64,000 nucleotides of DNA from Tubiluchus corallicola (lineage: Eukaryota; Animalia; Priapulida). Position 1 is the first letter of the stretch. Every line of letters starts with the position of its first letter. The position numbers and the translations under genes are program-made. Positions 13,421 through 24,588 of this stretch are shown here, piece by piece. The notes below the pieces were generated by a model, which was not told the DNA's origin, searched no databases, and saw only the letters and a list, made by a program, of their open reading frames with translations. The stretch spans positions 385,266 through 449,265 of the forward strand of contig JAQGDQ010000157.1 of the NCBI GenBank assembly GCA_030141605.1, read 5' to 3'.

Positions 13421-14301
13421 GACCTCGAAAATTTAAGTTCCTCATAAAAATGCCGACAGTGTCACCACTGTAGCGTTTTAATGGATGTTTATTATTGTAC
13501 TTTATGACTTAAAATTTAGGTTGACTATGGGCGTAAATTATGTACGCCTCTTGCTCCTTTAGTTTACAACTGAGTGAACTTGTTTTATGAGCACTTAATT
13601 GCACTTTGTCAATTTGAAATCTAGCACTATATTTATTTTTGGTAAAGGTTTTGATATAATCATGAGTATCATATCTCACCACACTGCACACAAAAACCAT
13701 GTATTTATATATATCTGGAAAAGTGTATATCGTCTCCTCTATAAGGACTCACCTATCACCTCTCACCTATAAGTTTCGTTTATTAATAATCAGTATAATA
13801 ATAATAATAATTCGTAGGAATGGTTATTCTGCGCGATCTATGTACTTATTTCCTTCACAGTAAACAATACGATTACACGGTCAACTTCTGCTATTTAGGG
13901 CGATTTCACATGTATCTGAAATCTCTGTTTGTGAAATAGGCCTAATTGTGAACCGCAAAACACGAGGACAAACTAACAAGGTGGTATATCCGGTGATAGC
14001 ATACCGTACTTCCGGTGATGTCAAATATGTGTTTTTATACATTTTTGTTTAAACCACCTGACATATAGCTTTACAAGTGCTATACTTATGAATCAATTGC
14101 ACTCTGCTTTGGAGTTTAGACAGCTAAAACTATTCACCTGAGAAAAAATCATGTACACCGTTGTTACCATGAAAACGAAATCAACACTGACATGCCGTTT
14201 GTTGTGTGCAGACGATCTTTCCGCAAAAATGCCATTTTCGTCACTAAAAATCAAGCCAAAAGAAATAATCAGTAGTCAGTTTGTACAGGTATTTCAAAGC
14301 A

Positions 14302-14873
14302 CTTATTATTAAAACATTACAACCTTTGGTAAAAGACAACCTTTATTTACAACTGTTTAAAAAACATGTCCAGGCACTCTAAAGTAAGAACATGTGAACA
14401 TCTGGGTATTTCGTCTAGAACTGGCAAGAAATTAAAAAATTCTCATCAACCCAGCATTAATGACCATATTTGTGACTCTGGCCACAAAGCTGATTTTAAT
14501 AATTTCAGTATTGTGACCAAAGCTACAAATAACAGGTACTTATTAATAAAAGAGTTTATCTATGTACCCTAATAAGCCTTCTCTTATTGTGCAAAGTACT
14601 TCATTTCGGTTAGCTTTGTTTTCAAACACTTAGCTATAGATCTGTTACTGTACCTATTTCTTTTCTACAGGTCTGTTTATGAATTACTTTGGCTTCTTTG
14701 TAAATACATAATTAGTACATAATGTTATATACTGTAGGTTCTGCTTAATTAAACTGGTTGTTCCTTGCATAGTGTACCAGTGATGATGACAGCTGTCAAA
14801 ACGTTTGGACATGTTTTTAAACAGTTGTAAATTAGCGTTTTAATAAAAGTTGAGTTGTTTTAATAATAAATAA
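14302..14873 (+). mobile_element. Penelope-like retroelement remnant (GIY-YIG C-terminus, pLTR with decayed hammerhead, inverted terminal copy)
   Basis: RHSKVRTCEHLGISSRTG...SINDHI...H.ADFNNFSIV...LLIKE matches the Penelope-like endonuclease tail. 14345-14372 is inverted to 14806-14832. Confidence 0.8.
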
Positions 14874-15376
14874 TTAGTACATTTGTTGTAAGATGAACAA
14901 AAACGGTAGTTTCAAAGAAACCTGCACATGCTCTCTTCATTATCGCCACCTTCAGGCTGAAACCGTCATTAACATCGCGCCCTGTTAAAGTCAGTTAATC
15001 CTCACACGAGTTCTGCCGTTTTCCAGAAACCGTCATTTCTATCACATCACGGAAGTGATTTTACTGCTAGAAATCATCATTGTCATCAAATAGAGAAAAC
15101 CATTTCCTTGCCGAAAGTCAGAAAAATCGTCACCATAATCCACCCGAGAAGAACAAACATTTCAATCATTCGCAGAAGCAGTCATTACCAGTCAACAGGG
15201 ACAGCCCTTCAGTTGCGGAAGCCATTATTACGGAAACATACGGAAAACCAGACATTCGCCGCCGCCGCTAGAGGGCATATCTAATAATGTGCACAAACTG
15301 TCATTGTAATAACCGTTTAAGGATACCCATTATTTTCTCAAGTAATCATCATTACGTCAAAAAAACTGTAGACACA

Positions 15377-15729
15377 AATAAGCCTTTTCACAGTTTTGTT
15401 GTGCGCATGCGCAGCTAGGTCAAAGGTTAAGCGTAATACAGCAAAGCCGTTTGCTGCGTCAGTTCAGTAACATGACTTGTTTTATATGGAAATTACTTAA
15501 TTATGCATTAGTCTGTGTGTAGAGTGATTTACTAGCAGGATCTTGCTTGGGAATAAGAAAAAATGAACTAGATAAGGTTCTAGCTAGCTTTTTAAAAGGT
15601 TACTACATGTATTACAATAGCTTGAGCTGCAAGGCGTTGTCAAGTGTACACAAATGCGTTGTCTGATACACTTAACCTTTGACCTTTTCACGATCATCAT
15701 CAATCGCTGGAACTGTGGAAAGGCTTATT
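15377..15729. mobile_element. MITE family A, copy 3
   Basis: Same TIRs and body as copies 1 and 2. Confidence 0.9.
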
Positions 15730-16017
15730 GTCATTATTATAACGCCAGTGAAACCCGAATGATATGCACAAAATAACTCTGGCGTCATATGAAAAGAAAC
15801 CACATGGTGTTAACTTGGCTACAAAAACAAGATGGCAACCAACAAGATGTTTATGTATTTTTATATCTACCGTTTGTATTATATATTGTATAAATATATT
15901 TGGAAACTTTTATAGGCGCAACTAGTATCCTTATTGTTGAAAGTTTGACTAGCGGTCTAACTTAGGGGATATTTTTGTATTCTGAATAACATTTAAAGCA
16001 ACTCATTTATTTTCTAG

Positions 16018-16231
16018 GCGGTAACTGTTATTGGAACCATTCAGCCTGAAGCCATTCGGCCGAACACACCTCTGCTGGAACACATTGCTATCTGGCTTCT
16101 CGTGGGAAAGGTTATAGTTCTGCCAGTTATCATACTATGTGAAAAAGAGTACTTCCATTTTCTCACACGCCGCCTCTTTTGTTGTCGTCTCTTTGATGTG
16201 GAGGAAATGCACAAAGCTATCGTTGCCACCG
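16018..16231 (+). CDS. GPCR exon 2 (TM7, helix 8, Cys-Cys)
   Basis: Acceptor ttttctag|GCG, donor G|GTGAGT. Translates AVTVIG...HIAIWLLVGKVIVLPVIILCEKEYFHFLTRRLFCCR, supplying the missing TM7 and helix 8 in the correct phase. Confidence 0.85.
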
Positions 16232-16450
16232 GTGAGTTTGATGCCTTTCCTTCTCTTTCTGCTTTTTTCTCTTTCATTCTTCTCTTCTCCCGTGTTGAGG
16301 ATTATGCCCAGCACAGCGAAGGTTCCTTTTATATTCTCCAAATTTTTCTTATTTGTTTATTTTTCATTTTACCCTTACTTTCCTTTCTGTTTCGACTTTT
16401 TTCCTAGTTTGTATCTTGATTTCTTTTTTCTGTGCTCACTCACTAACTCA

Positions 16451-16473
16451 CTCTCTCTCTCCTTCTCACTCTT

Positions 16474-16570
<97 letters not shown>

Positions 16571-16580
16571 GTCTCTCTGT
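16451..16580. repeat. (CT)n microsatellite
   Basis: Directly visible. Confidence 0.98.
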
Positions 16581-18040
16581 CTTCCCTCTCGCTCTTTTGT
16601 TTTCTTCGTCTCTTACGTCCTTCTCTAATTTTCTCCCTTTCTTCACTTTCCTCTCGTCTTTTCTGGTATAGAAAACAACCTCTTACGAGCTTCTTATAGA
16701 TTTTTATTTTTATAAGTTCAACTGAAAGTCATGAAACGTGAAATTCATAACGATAATTAAATTAAAATGAGACAGAAAACACATTTTTACAGTAACACCG
16801 TCGCCTAACATACAACACTCAATGACAAGGCCTGTGGTACGATCATTTGACATTGAACCCGAAGAGCTGGCTTAGAAGGACAAATATGCCATTTGAGAGT
16901 GTCACGAAGTAGTTTTACAGTCACCTATCCACTTACTGACTAAGCACGGCTTACTAAGCACACGCGCCCTGACCACTTATTACTTTTGTTTTCAAGCCCC
17001 TCAATTATTTAAAAGGAGAATTAAACTGTAATTTTTTATTCTTTTTTTCTTATTCGCGCTTTTCACATATGTGAAATGTAGTTCTATGTGCTACCAAGTA
17101 CCGCATAGTCGGTACCAAGTCGACTATATTGCTAAGTGCTAAACAATTCATTAGCACAAATAGCCAAATTTGCCTAAATTCGCTTGGCTTGTTAGATTAG
17201 CGTGAAAAAGCCATAAGGAATTGTTTGCAGGCGGGTCATAGACCACCCCAGACTTTTTCTTATTTCTTTGCCCTACTTTTTAACACAAAAATCTAGGTCA
17301 GCTTTGTGTTCAATACGTCGCATATGAACCATATGATTTGAAACGCATAACTACCACTTTTGTGTTATTATTGAAATTCTCCAAATACTGTTAATGGACC
17401 GACGAGTTTTTGTTAGTGAAAACGCGTTTTGAAAGCTAAAAGGATTTTCCAAATAACTAACAGTATAATTGTTATCCATTGTTTGTCAAATTACATGTAA
17501 CTTAGCCGGACGGTAGAAAAATCTTTATATGTGAGATGTACCCCTTAGTCACTTCTACTTGTCAGCCCTGGTGGCCGTTGCTGGAACTTCCGGGATATCG
17601 GGTGTTGAAGGATCGTTGCTAGTTTTTGAACAGTGCTCGGGATAGCAGCCCTGAAATGCTTCCCGTTAACTGTTCACAAAACCGTGTTGCAATAATAACC
17701 AATATTTCTGTCCGAGAAAGCACACGCCCCATTCTGGACACGCCTCTCAAGCATTGTCACGGGCACCTTTTCACCTGACAAACTGAACTAAATTTTAGCG
17801 TTTACAGGGTAAAATTTGGCAAGAAAATAATAGGCTAGGTGTGTTGAGAAGGTGGTAATTAGGCAGCTAGCAGGTTTGAGGTAGAAAATTACAGTGTCAG
17901 TGCAAATTAGAAAATGAGGATTTTCTAATGAGGAAACCACGTGGTTATTGTGTTGAGGTATTTGGGATGTGAATGTGCTTTTCTCCCCATTCGCCAGCTT
18001 TCTTTGTCTTTTTCTCATCGCTCTCTCTCTCTATCTCATA

Positions 18041-18349
18041 TTAATGATAATGATATTAATAATACTAATACTACTACTAATTATAATAAAAAATATTAAT
18101 AACAATAATCTTTATTTAAAGTTGGCATTTTGGATGAACAATTAACATAAGCTCCAAAGACCATTTGGACCGACTGTAAATAACAATTTATAACTACATA
18201 ACAGAGATTATTATTACCCTAAATACCACGCGTTAGGCAGGACAACAGCAGGTACCATTTTTAAAGTCTTTGGTATGATCAGCCCGCTGTGTCGAACTAA
18301 CGACCTGGCAGACGGAAAGCGGACGCGTCATCACTAGACTAAACCGTCT
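18041..18349 (-). mobile_element. tRNA-derived SINE (Meta-domain-like), copy 1
   Basis: A-box gtttagtctagtg and B-box-like agttcgacac; core ataccaaagactttaaaaatggtac; AATAAA plus (TTA)n tail; homologous to 56919. Confidence 0.8.
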
Positions 18350-18890
18350 AAACTCACTCTCCCGCCCTCCCTCTATATCAATATGCATTTCTTTTTCTTT
18401 CTCCCTGTTTATCTCTCTATTTTTCCGTTGTGCATTCTCTCTTCCCCTCTTACCCTTTCTACTCATTTTGAAGTTTATTTTCTGTCAAACTATTGAAAGA
18501 TATACTCTGCAGCTTGAAGGTCGTAATCCATAGATAACTGCCTGTCCAACAATATTCTACAAGAAGTAATTCAGCGTTGTACGAATTATGCCAGCTTTAT
18601 TATCAACAGAAAAGGTTTAGCTGTAATTAAAGCAAATTATCTCGTCATGAAGTTTTTCACATCATCTGAGCCGCAGGATTTAATAACATGGGAATCGTCT
18701 TCAGCACTGGCAATTAGCTGAATAGATCTTTACTTTGTCAGCTTTCTTATCCACTGAACTACAACAGAGGTAAATTTGTTTTGAAACAGGTCATTGCTTC
18801 AAAATGACAACATCAGTCATTTTGATAACTGGGTAAGAAACTATTTTCCTGCTCCGGCGTTGATAAATCTGTTTTAATTGCATAAACGGG

Positions 18891-19190
18891 CATCATAATT
18901 GCGTTTTTATACGATTAGGTATATATTCTGCAAACTAGAACTCAGCACCAAGACTGAGACCTACTCAATGCACAAGGCTGGACCGGTATCTAGCTGGTGC
19001 TGTAACATGAGACACTGACTCAGAAGCGGTGTCTTAGCCGCATTCGGTTGTGCATACATCGTTCCTTAACGAGAACAGTAACTCAAAGGCAAATTAAATC
19101 GTCAGAACCGTGGACTGTCACCCATCCATTTACTAACTGGGTTGGTTGTTGTTTAACTTCCATTGTTAAACTTGACCACTGTGCTAATCC
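18891..19190 (-). mobile_element. 5S rRNA-derived SINE (SINE3-like)
   Basis: gaagttaaacaacaaccaacccagttagtaaatggatgggtgac resembles the 5S internal control region (A, IE and C boxes); LINE-like tail. Confidence 0.6.
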
Positions 19191-20504
19191 TTTCGCGATG
19201 AAATCGGCTAAAGCAAAAATACAGCTCTACCTTAATTAAAACGAAAATGTTAACCTTATTAGAGAAAAATCTTTTTGCTAAATACTAAAAATTTAATTTA
19301 ATCTTTTGTGACGACAGCAGTTTTGGCACCAAAATTTTTCTCATCTTATCTGCTATATGTTCACAAATATACAGCCGCGGATCGACTGAAATATTGAAGG
19401 AAAGAACAAGTCATTCATTATGTGTTGGGTTTATTTTATTATTATCACTTAAGCTTAGAAAATATAACAAAGAAATTTTCAAAGAACTGCCTAAATTTAA
19501 AATGTTCTACATCTAAATAGAAATTTTCAAGCGTGGTGGTTGCCGTCATTCACTTGAAAATCGTGACGCACTGGGAGGCTTCATGACTTTTCGTAAGTGC
19601 ATCGTGGCTTTCCGTAAGCTCGCCCTGCAACTAATTCAGTCTTCCGCAGCTTACCTAATGTCCACGCAAAAATGTTACAAAATTAGCCATCTATTTTTTT
19701 CTGTAAAATCTTTATTCGGGGCGCTACTTTTCTTCCGGACGACGCATGGCGTCATTGGAAGAAGAATGGGCATTGAGAATGGGGAGCGCCCAAGCATGAA
19801 GTGATCGCGACTTTAAAGTGATTTTACCAGACACACGAGCGCTTATTGCAGTTTTATTACTAAACCCTTCTGACATTTTTCGCAAACATTGAAATAAGCC
19901 TTACCTCCTAGAAGGCTTGTCAATTTCCTTTAGTAGCACAAAATTTATCGGTCAGACGTTGTGTTATTTTAAATACTTTTTCAAATTTACACAGCAAGGT
20001 AATGTATTCTACCAGGTCAAGTGTAAAAATGCACGGAGTGTTAAATTTTGATATTAAACTAGGCATATGTATAATCTATACAAACGGACAAGGTATAATT
20101 TAAATAACCACAGCGGTAACATTCATGGTGACCCATTAATACGTTTATAATTATATATCACCTTGTAATTAATAACGATAATTACGCTTTTGCAAGCATG
20201 TCCTACGAGTTGACCATCAATCATAAATAGACCTTAACCTCGTCAGCTTTAAGTACGATTTCGTAAAAAGCTTATGATAAAGAAACAAACATCAATCGCG
20301 TGCAACCAATTATAAGGGAAACATGAAGAGGGAAACAGGAGACATAGAAACTGTGAATTTAAGCAAATTTAAGGAAAATGTCCAACGGATTTCAAACATC
20401 AAAGCAAAATATTCGAAATGTTTAACTTTCAAAAAAGAATTCAAGTTATAAAGGGTACCTTAGAACTTAATAATACAAACTAACGTTGTGTAACTTGTGT
20501 TTGT

Positions 20505-20830
20505 CAGTCAGTCAGCCAATTGATTAGTAGGTCGGTCGGCCAGTCAGTCAGTCAGTTAGTCATTCACTCGGTCTACTTGTCTTTGTTTACCAGTCAGTCA
20601 CTCAGTCACTTAGTCAGTCAGCCAATCAGTTAGTCAACAAATCTACTTGTATTTGTTTAATAGTCGGTCAGTCAGTCGGCAAATCTACTTGTGTTTGTTT
20701 ACCGCTTAGTCATTTAGTCAGTCAGTCAGTCAACAAATCTACTTGTTGCCAGTCTGTCAGTTAGCCCGTTTCCTTGCTAGTCAGCTACTGTGTCCATATA
20801 TCTGCCTCTGAATCGGTCAGTCGGTTAGGC
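20505..20830. repeat. Degenerate (CAGT)n satellite interspersed with tctacttgt units
   Basis: Directly visible. Confidence 0.85.
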
Positions 20831-20916
20831 AGGCAGTTTAACGGATGAACTGTCTAGATATCAAACAGTTTCTTTATCTGCTTGTCAGTTTGTCTCTCTG
20901 TCCGTCAGTTAAGGTC

Positions 20917-21282
20917 AATTGATGTTGATTGTGAAAAGATTAAAGGTTAAGTGTGCCAGGCAACGCATTTGTCTACACTTGACAACGCCTCGCTCCCCAT
21001 GCTACTGTAATACAGTTTTAACCCTAGCTGGAATCGTACCTAGTTCATTTTTTTTTGTTCCCAAGCAAGATCATGCTAGTAAGTCGCTCTGCATACAGAC
21101 TAACGTGTAATTAAGTAAAGTCTACGTAAAACAACTGAAGTTACTGAACTGAGGCAGCGGACGGTTTTGCTTTGCCCACATGTCACGTGTCGGTTGTAGT
21201 TAAGATGCGTTGTTGTGGTACACTTAACCTTTGACCTACAGCAACTGTGCGTGCGCACAATGAAACTGTGAAAAGGCTTATT
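20917..21282. mobile_element. MITE family A, copy 4 (left end lost)
   Basis: Body plus right TIR actgtgaaaaggcttatt. Confidence 0.85.
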
Positions 21283-21316
21283 CCCAAAGATAATAATCTT
21301 TATTTAATAATTTTAG

Positions 21317-21453
21317 ATGAGAAGGCAGAGACGTACGAAGACATTGGAGGTGGAAATAGCGGGTTCTACGTCTCACTAAAATCAAACAGTTTTGATACAT
21401 TAGCAGAAGATAATACGAAGCAAGGCAAACTTGTGATGACACCAAGTTTCAAG
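21317..21453 (+). CDS. GPCR exon 3 (C-tail)
   Basis: Acceptor ttttag|AT in phase 1 matches exon 2; open frame DEKAETYEDI...PSFK; weak donor AAG|GTTTGA. Confidence 0.65.
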
Positions 21454-21624
21454 GTTTGAATGTCGATTTTTTTGTAAAATGATAGGGCCAACAGGAAACA
21501 AAAGAAAATAAATATTGCAAGGATTTTAGAATGAGAGGAGAATCAGAGAAAGAAACAAAAAGAAAGGGAGGGGGACAGAACCAGAAGAAAAGAGAAAAGT
21601 GTGTGAAGAGAGAGGGGGGAAGAA

Positions 21625-21809
<185 letters not shown>

Positions 21810-21886
21810 GTGAGCTTAAACATGAATAAAATAAACCCGTAACTTCATATTTTTTATGTCTATCTAGTCCCAAAATATTTTCGTAG

Positions 21887-22006
21887 GTAGAATCAACTGG
21901 TAAGGAAAAGCCAACGAGGAAACGTCATCATAACATGGCAGCGCCATCTTCAGCTACGAAAATGTATTCAAAAAGGAGAGAGTGGAAGCAGAATGTCATT
22001 AAACAG
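21887..22006 (+). CDS. GPCR exon 4 (C-tail)
   Basis: Acceptor ttcgtag|GTA, 120 nt open (VESTGKEK...VIKQ), donor CAG|GTAAAA, phase 0/0. Confidence 0.7.
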
Positions 22007-22341
22007 GTAAAATGTTTTGCACCTGGTCTCTATATAAAGAGTCGTTCAGGAACATTTTGCATGATAAGTTTGCTAATTTTCTATTAGGAATAATATTTTG
22101 TTAGAAAAACAGGCCAACAAGTGGATGATGGGCAAACAAGTAAACAAACAAAAACTAATGAACGATAAATAAATAAATGGGTAAATAAGTAAATGAAGGA
22201 AGAGCAACCAAATAATGAAATCAAAGAAAGTGCATGGGTGAAATAATATGAAAAGACAAATACACAAGCAAATACCCAAATGAATGAGAAAAAATTATCA
22301 ATAATGAAATGGATAAATTAAGTAACAAATGCAGATATCAT

Positions 22342-22886
22342 AACTACATCAAAATACAATTTATTGCCGACTGGTTTTAAAGACAACTGTTCATTATCAA
22401 GACGTCTAAAACAAAGAAATTTACCAGAATTTAGAAACAACATCGAAATACAATTCAGTAGTTAGATAGCCAAAAGACAAATGATATAACATTATATAGA
22501 TAATTTAACAATTTACCTTACAGACAACATATATTGATTAGTATGAAACTAGCACCCTGTGGTTTATTAAATTCAGTAACAAAATGGCAGCTTCCTAATA
22601 TTGACAGCTCTGTTATAACTGATATATTGGATTGTTTGTTTGTGGAATGTTACATAGTTTCATACCAATCAAGGTATGTAACCAGTAAAGGTAAATTGTT
22701 AAATTATCTATATGTTATATTATATATCTTTTGGCTACTATATCTTATACATTTATTATTATATATCTACTGAATTGTATTTTGATGTTGTTTCTAAATT
22801 CTAGCAAATTTCTTTGTTTTAGATGCCTTGATAACGAACAGCTTTCTTTGAAACCGGTCAGCAACAAATTCCATTTTGATGTAGTT
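22342..22886. repeat. Foldback element: ~180-200 bp inverted arms (22342-22521 / 22685-22886)
   Basis: The arms are directly alignable reverse complements, e.g. agaatttagaaacaacatc / gatgttgtttctaaattct. Confidence 0.9.
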
Positions 22887-23013
22887 GCATTTATTTGCCA
22901 AATATGGAGATGCAGATGTTGATAAGGGAATGAAAGAATAAATATAGACAATTGGATTAATATATTACTAAGTTAAATTAATGACTAACGATTAATTTTA
23001 ATTGTTATTATAG

Positions 23014-23136
23014 CAAATGCCAGGATTGTATGCATACATCAACGAAGCTTTCAAAGCACTAGAGGCAGACCAACGATTGAAAAATGCCGGAAAACTATCG
23101 AACATGAAGAGATCTCAGAGTCTGGATCACATAGAG
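23014..23136 (+). CDS. GPCR exon 5 (C-tail; GC donor)
   Basis: Acceptor ttatag|CAA; QMPGLYAYINEAF...RSQSLDHIE; donor GAG|GCAAGT. Confidence 0.7.
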
Positions 23137-23362
23137 GCAAGTGAAAATGCGATGTGATAATTATGGCACACTAGTTCTTAAACTCTACACCAGGATTATA
23201 ATGCCATTAGCATAATTCATGCTGAATTAACAGTGTTGATTAAGCCTTTGGAAGAATTGGTGTAGATTTTTGATTTTGAGTTTGGTTCAAGAACATCGAT
23301 GCACATACCTTTATTAACTTAGCAATCTCTGGAGCAAACTAAGAGGAGTAAATAGCCTAGGC

Positions 23363-23755
23363 CAGGGGTGTGCAAATTATCTGACTAGCCGGGCCACATT
23401 AAACATTCCCTCAATTCCTGTGGGCCACATGCAGTTTGATCAAGGAGCCAAGTACAGTAGGACCTAATAACGATTTTTTTGCATCCGATTTGCGCACATC
23501 ATTACTACTGCACTACTACACTCAAGAAACTATTTTAGAAGTTATTAAAATTTATATTAAAAACCATATATTTCGTTATGTCTGACAGTGACATTAAGTG
23601 ACAACGGTCTTGTAAGGGTTAATGCCATCCGATCTAGAGGAAAAAACTACCCGCACTATCTTTGCGATATTGGCGCAGACTTCAGCTGGATCGCGTGGGC
23701 CACACTTTCATTACGTTGACAAACCTCATCGCGGGCCGCAGTTTGCACACCCCTG
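23363..23755. mobile_element. hAT (Charlie-like) MITE
   Basis: TIR CAGGGGTGTGCAAA / TTTGCACACCCCTG; 8-bp TSD GCCTAGGC / GCCTAGAC. Confidence 0.9.
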
Positions 23756-23865
23756 GCCTAGACCTCTTGGTCCTGTGCAAGCGTGAGAGCAAAAAAAAGT
23801 GGCATATTCACTGTTATAACTAGAAGCACATTTTATATTGTCTTCATGTCTTTTCATCTTCACAG

Positions 23866-24006
23866 AAACAAACAGATAGCGGGTACGAAGATCACGTCAA
23901 CAATGGTTATGAAAGTGACCCGAGCGAAGCAAAAGATGGTCATCATTACCGAACATCCGATCTTGCTGTTGTAGTAGACAAATCCACTAAACAAGGCTCT
24001 AGACAA
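23866..24006 (+). CDS. GPCR exon 6 (C-tail)
   Basis: Strong acceptor tcttttcatcttcacag|AAA; 141 nt open in phase 0; donor CAA|GTAAGT. Confidence 0.75.
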
Positions 24007-24588
24007 GTAAGTTGTGTATTTTAATACCTTAAATCTAAAATGTGTATTTTAATTTGATGTAAGAATTTGCTTTTGAGAAAGCTCCATGCACACAGTCATA
24101 CGATTGAGCTAAAAGATCATCAAAACACGAAAAAAATTATTAAAATTTTGTTCAGAATTCAATGGAAAATGAGTATTTTCCAAACCATTTTAAAGTTTTC
24201 GCCGATTCATAAATTATTATTATCAACATATCACAATGCCCATTATGTAGACACTGGTTGTTGTAGATTATGTACACCGATTATTGTAGACACTGGGCAG
24301 GCAGAACTCTAAAATAAAAGAAATCTGCCTTTAAGACAGGTAAACACAGCAAAAAACTAAACACTGCTATGCCTGTGGTTTGTCAGCACCACTTCCAAGC
24401 TGAACAACTGAATAAATTATCAGTACAACTAAAAAGTTTATACGGGAAACAATATGGGAAACCTCAAAATCATGGTTCGTCAATTAGTGGCCGACATGCT
24501 GATGTAATTTGTCATTTGAGTTACTAAGTTTTTAGAATATTCCATTTATTTAAAATAGAAGCTGATTTTTTCATTGATTTTTAACAAG

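Noticed and set aside
14366-14572. 68-aa ORF as a functional endonuclease gene
   Set aside because: Its ATG comes from the inverted terminal copy; the GIY-YIG N-terminal motifs are missing and the frame ends prematurely.
19110-19165. 5S rRNA gene
   Set aside because: Only a diverged internal fragment embedded in a SINE-like body.
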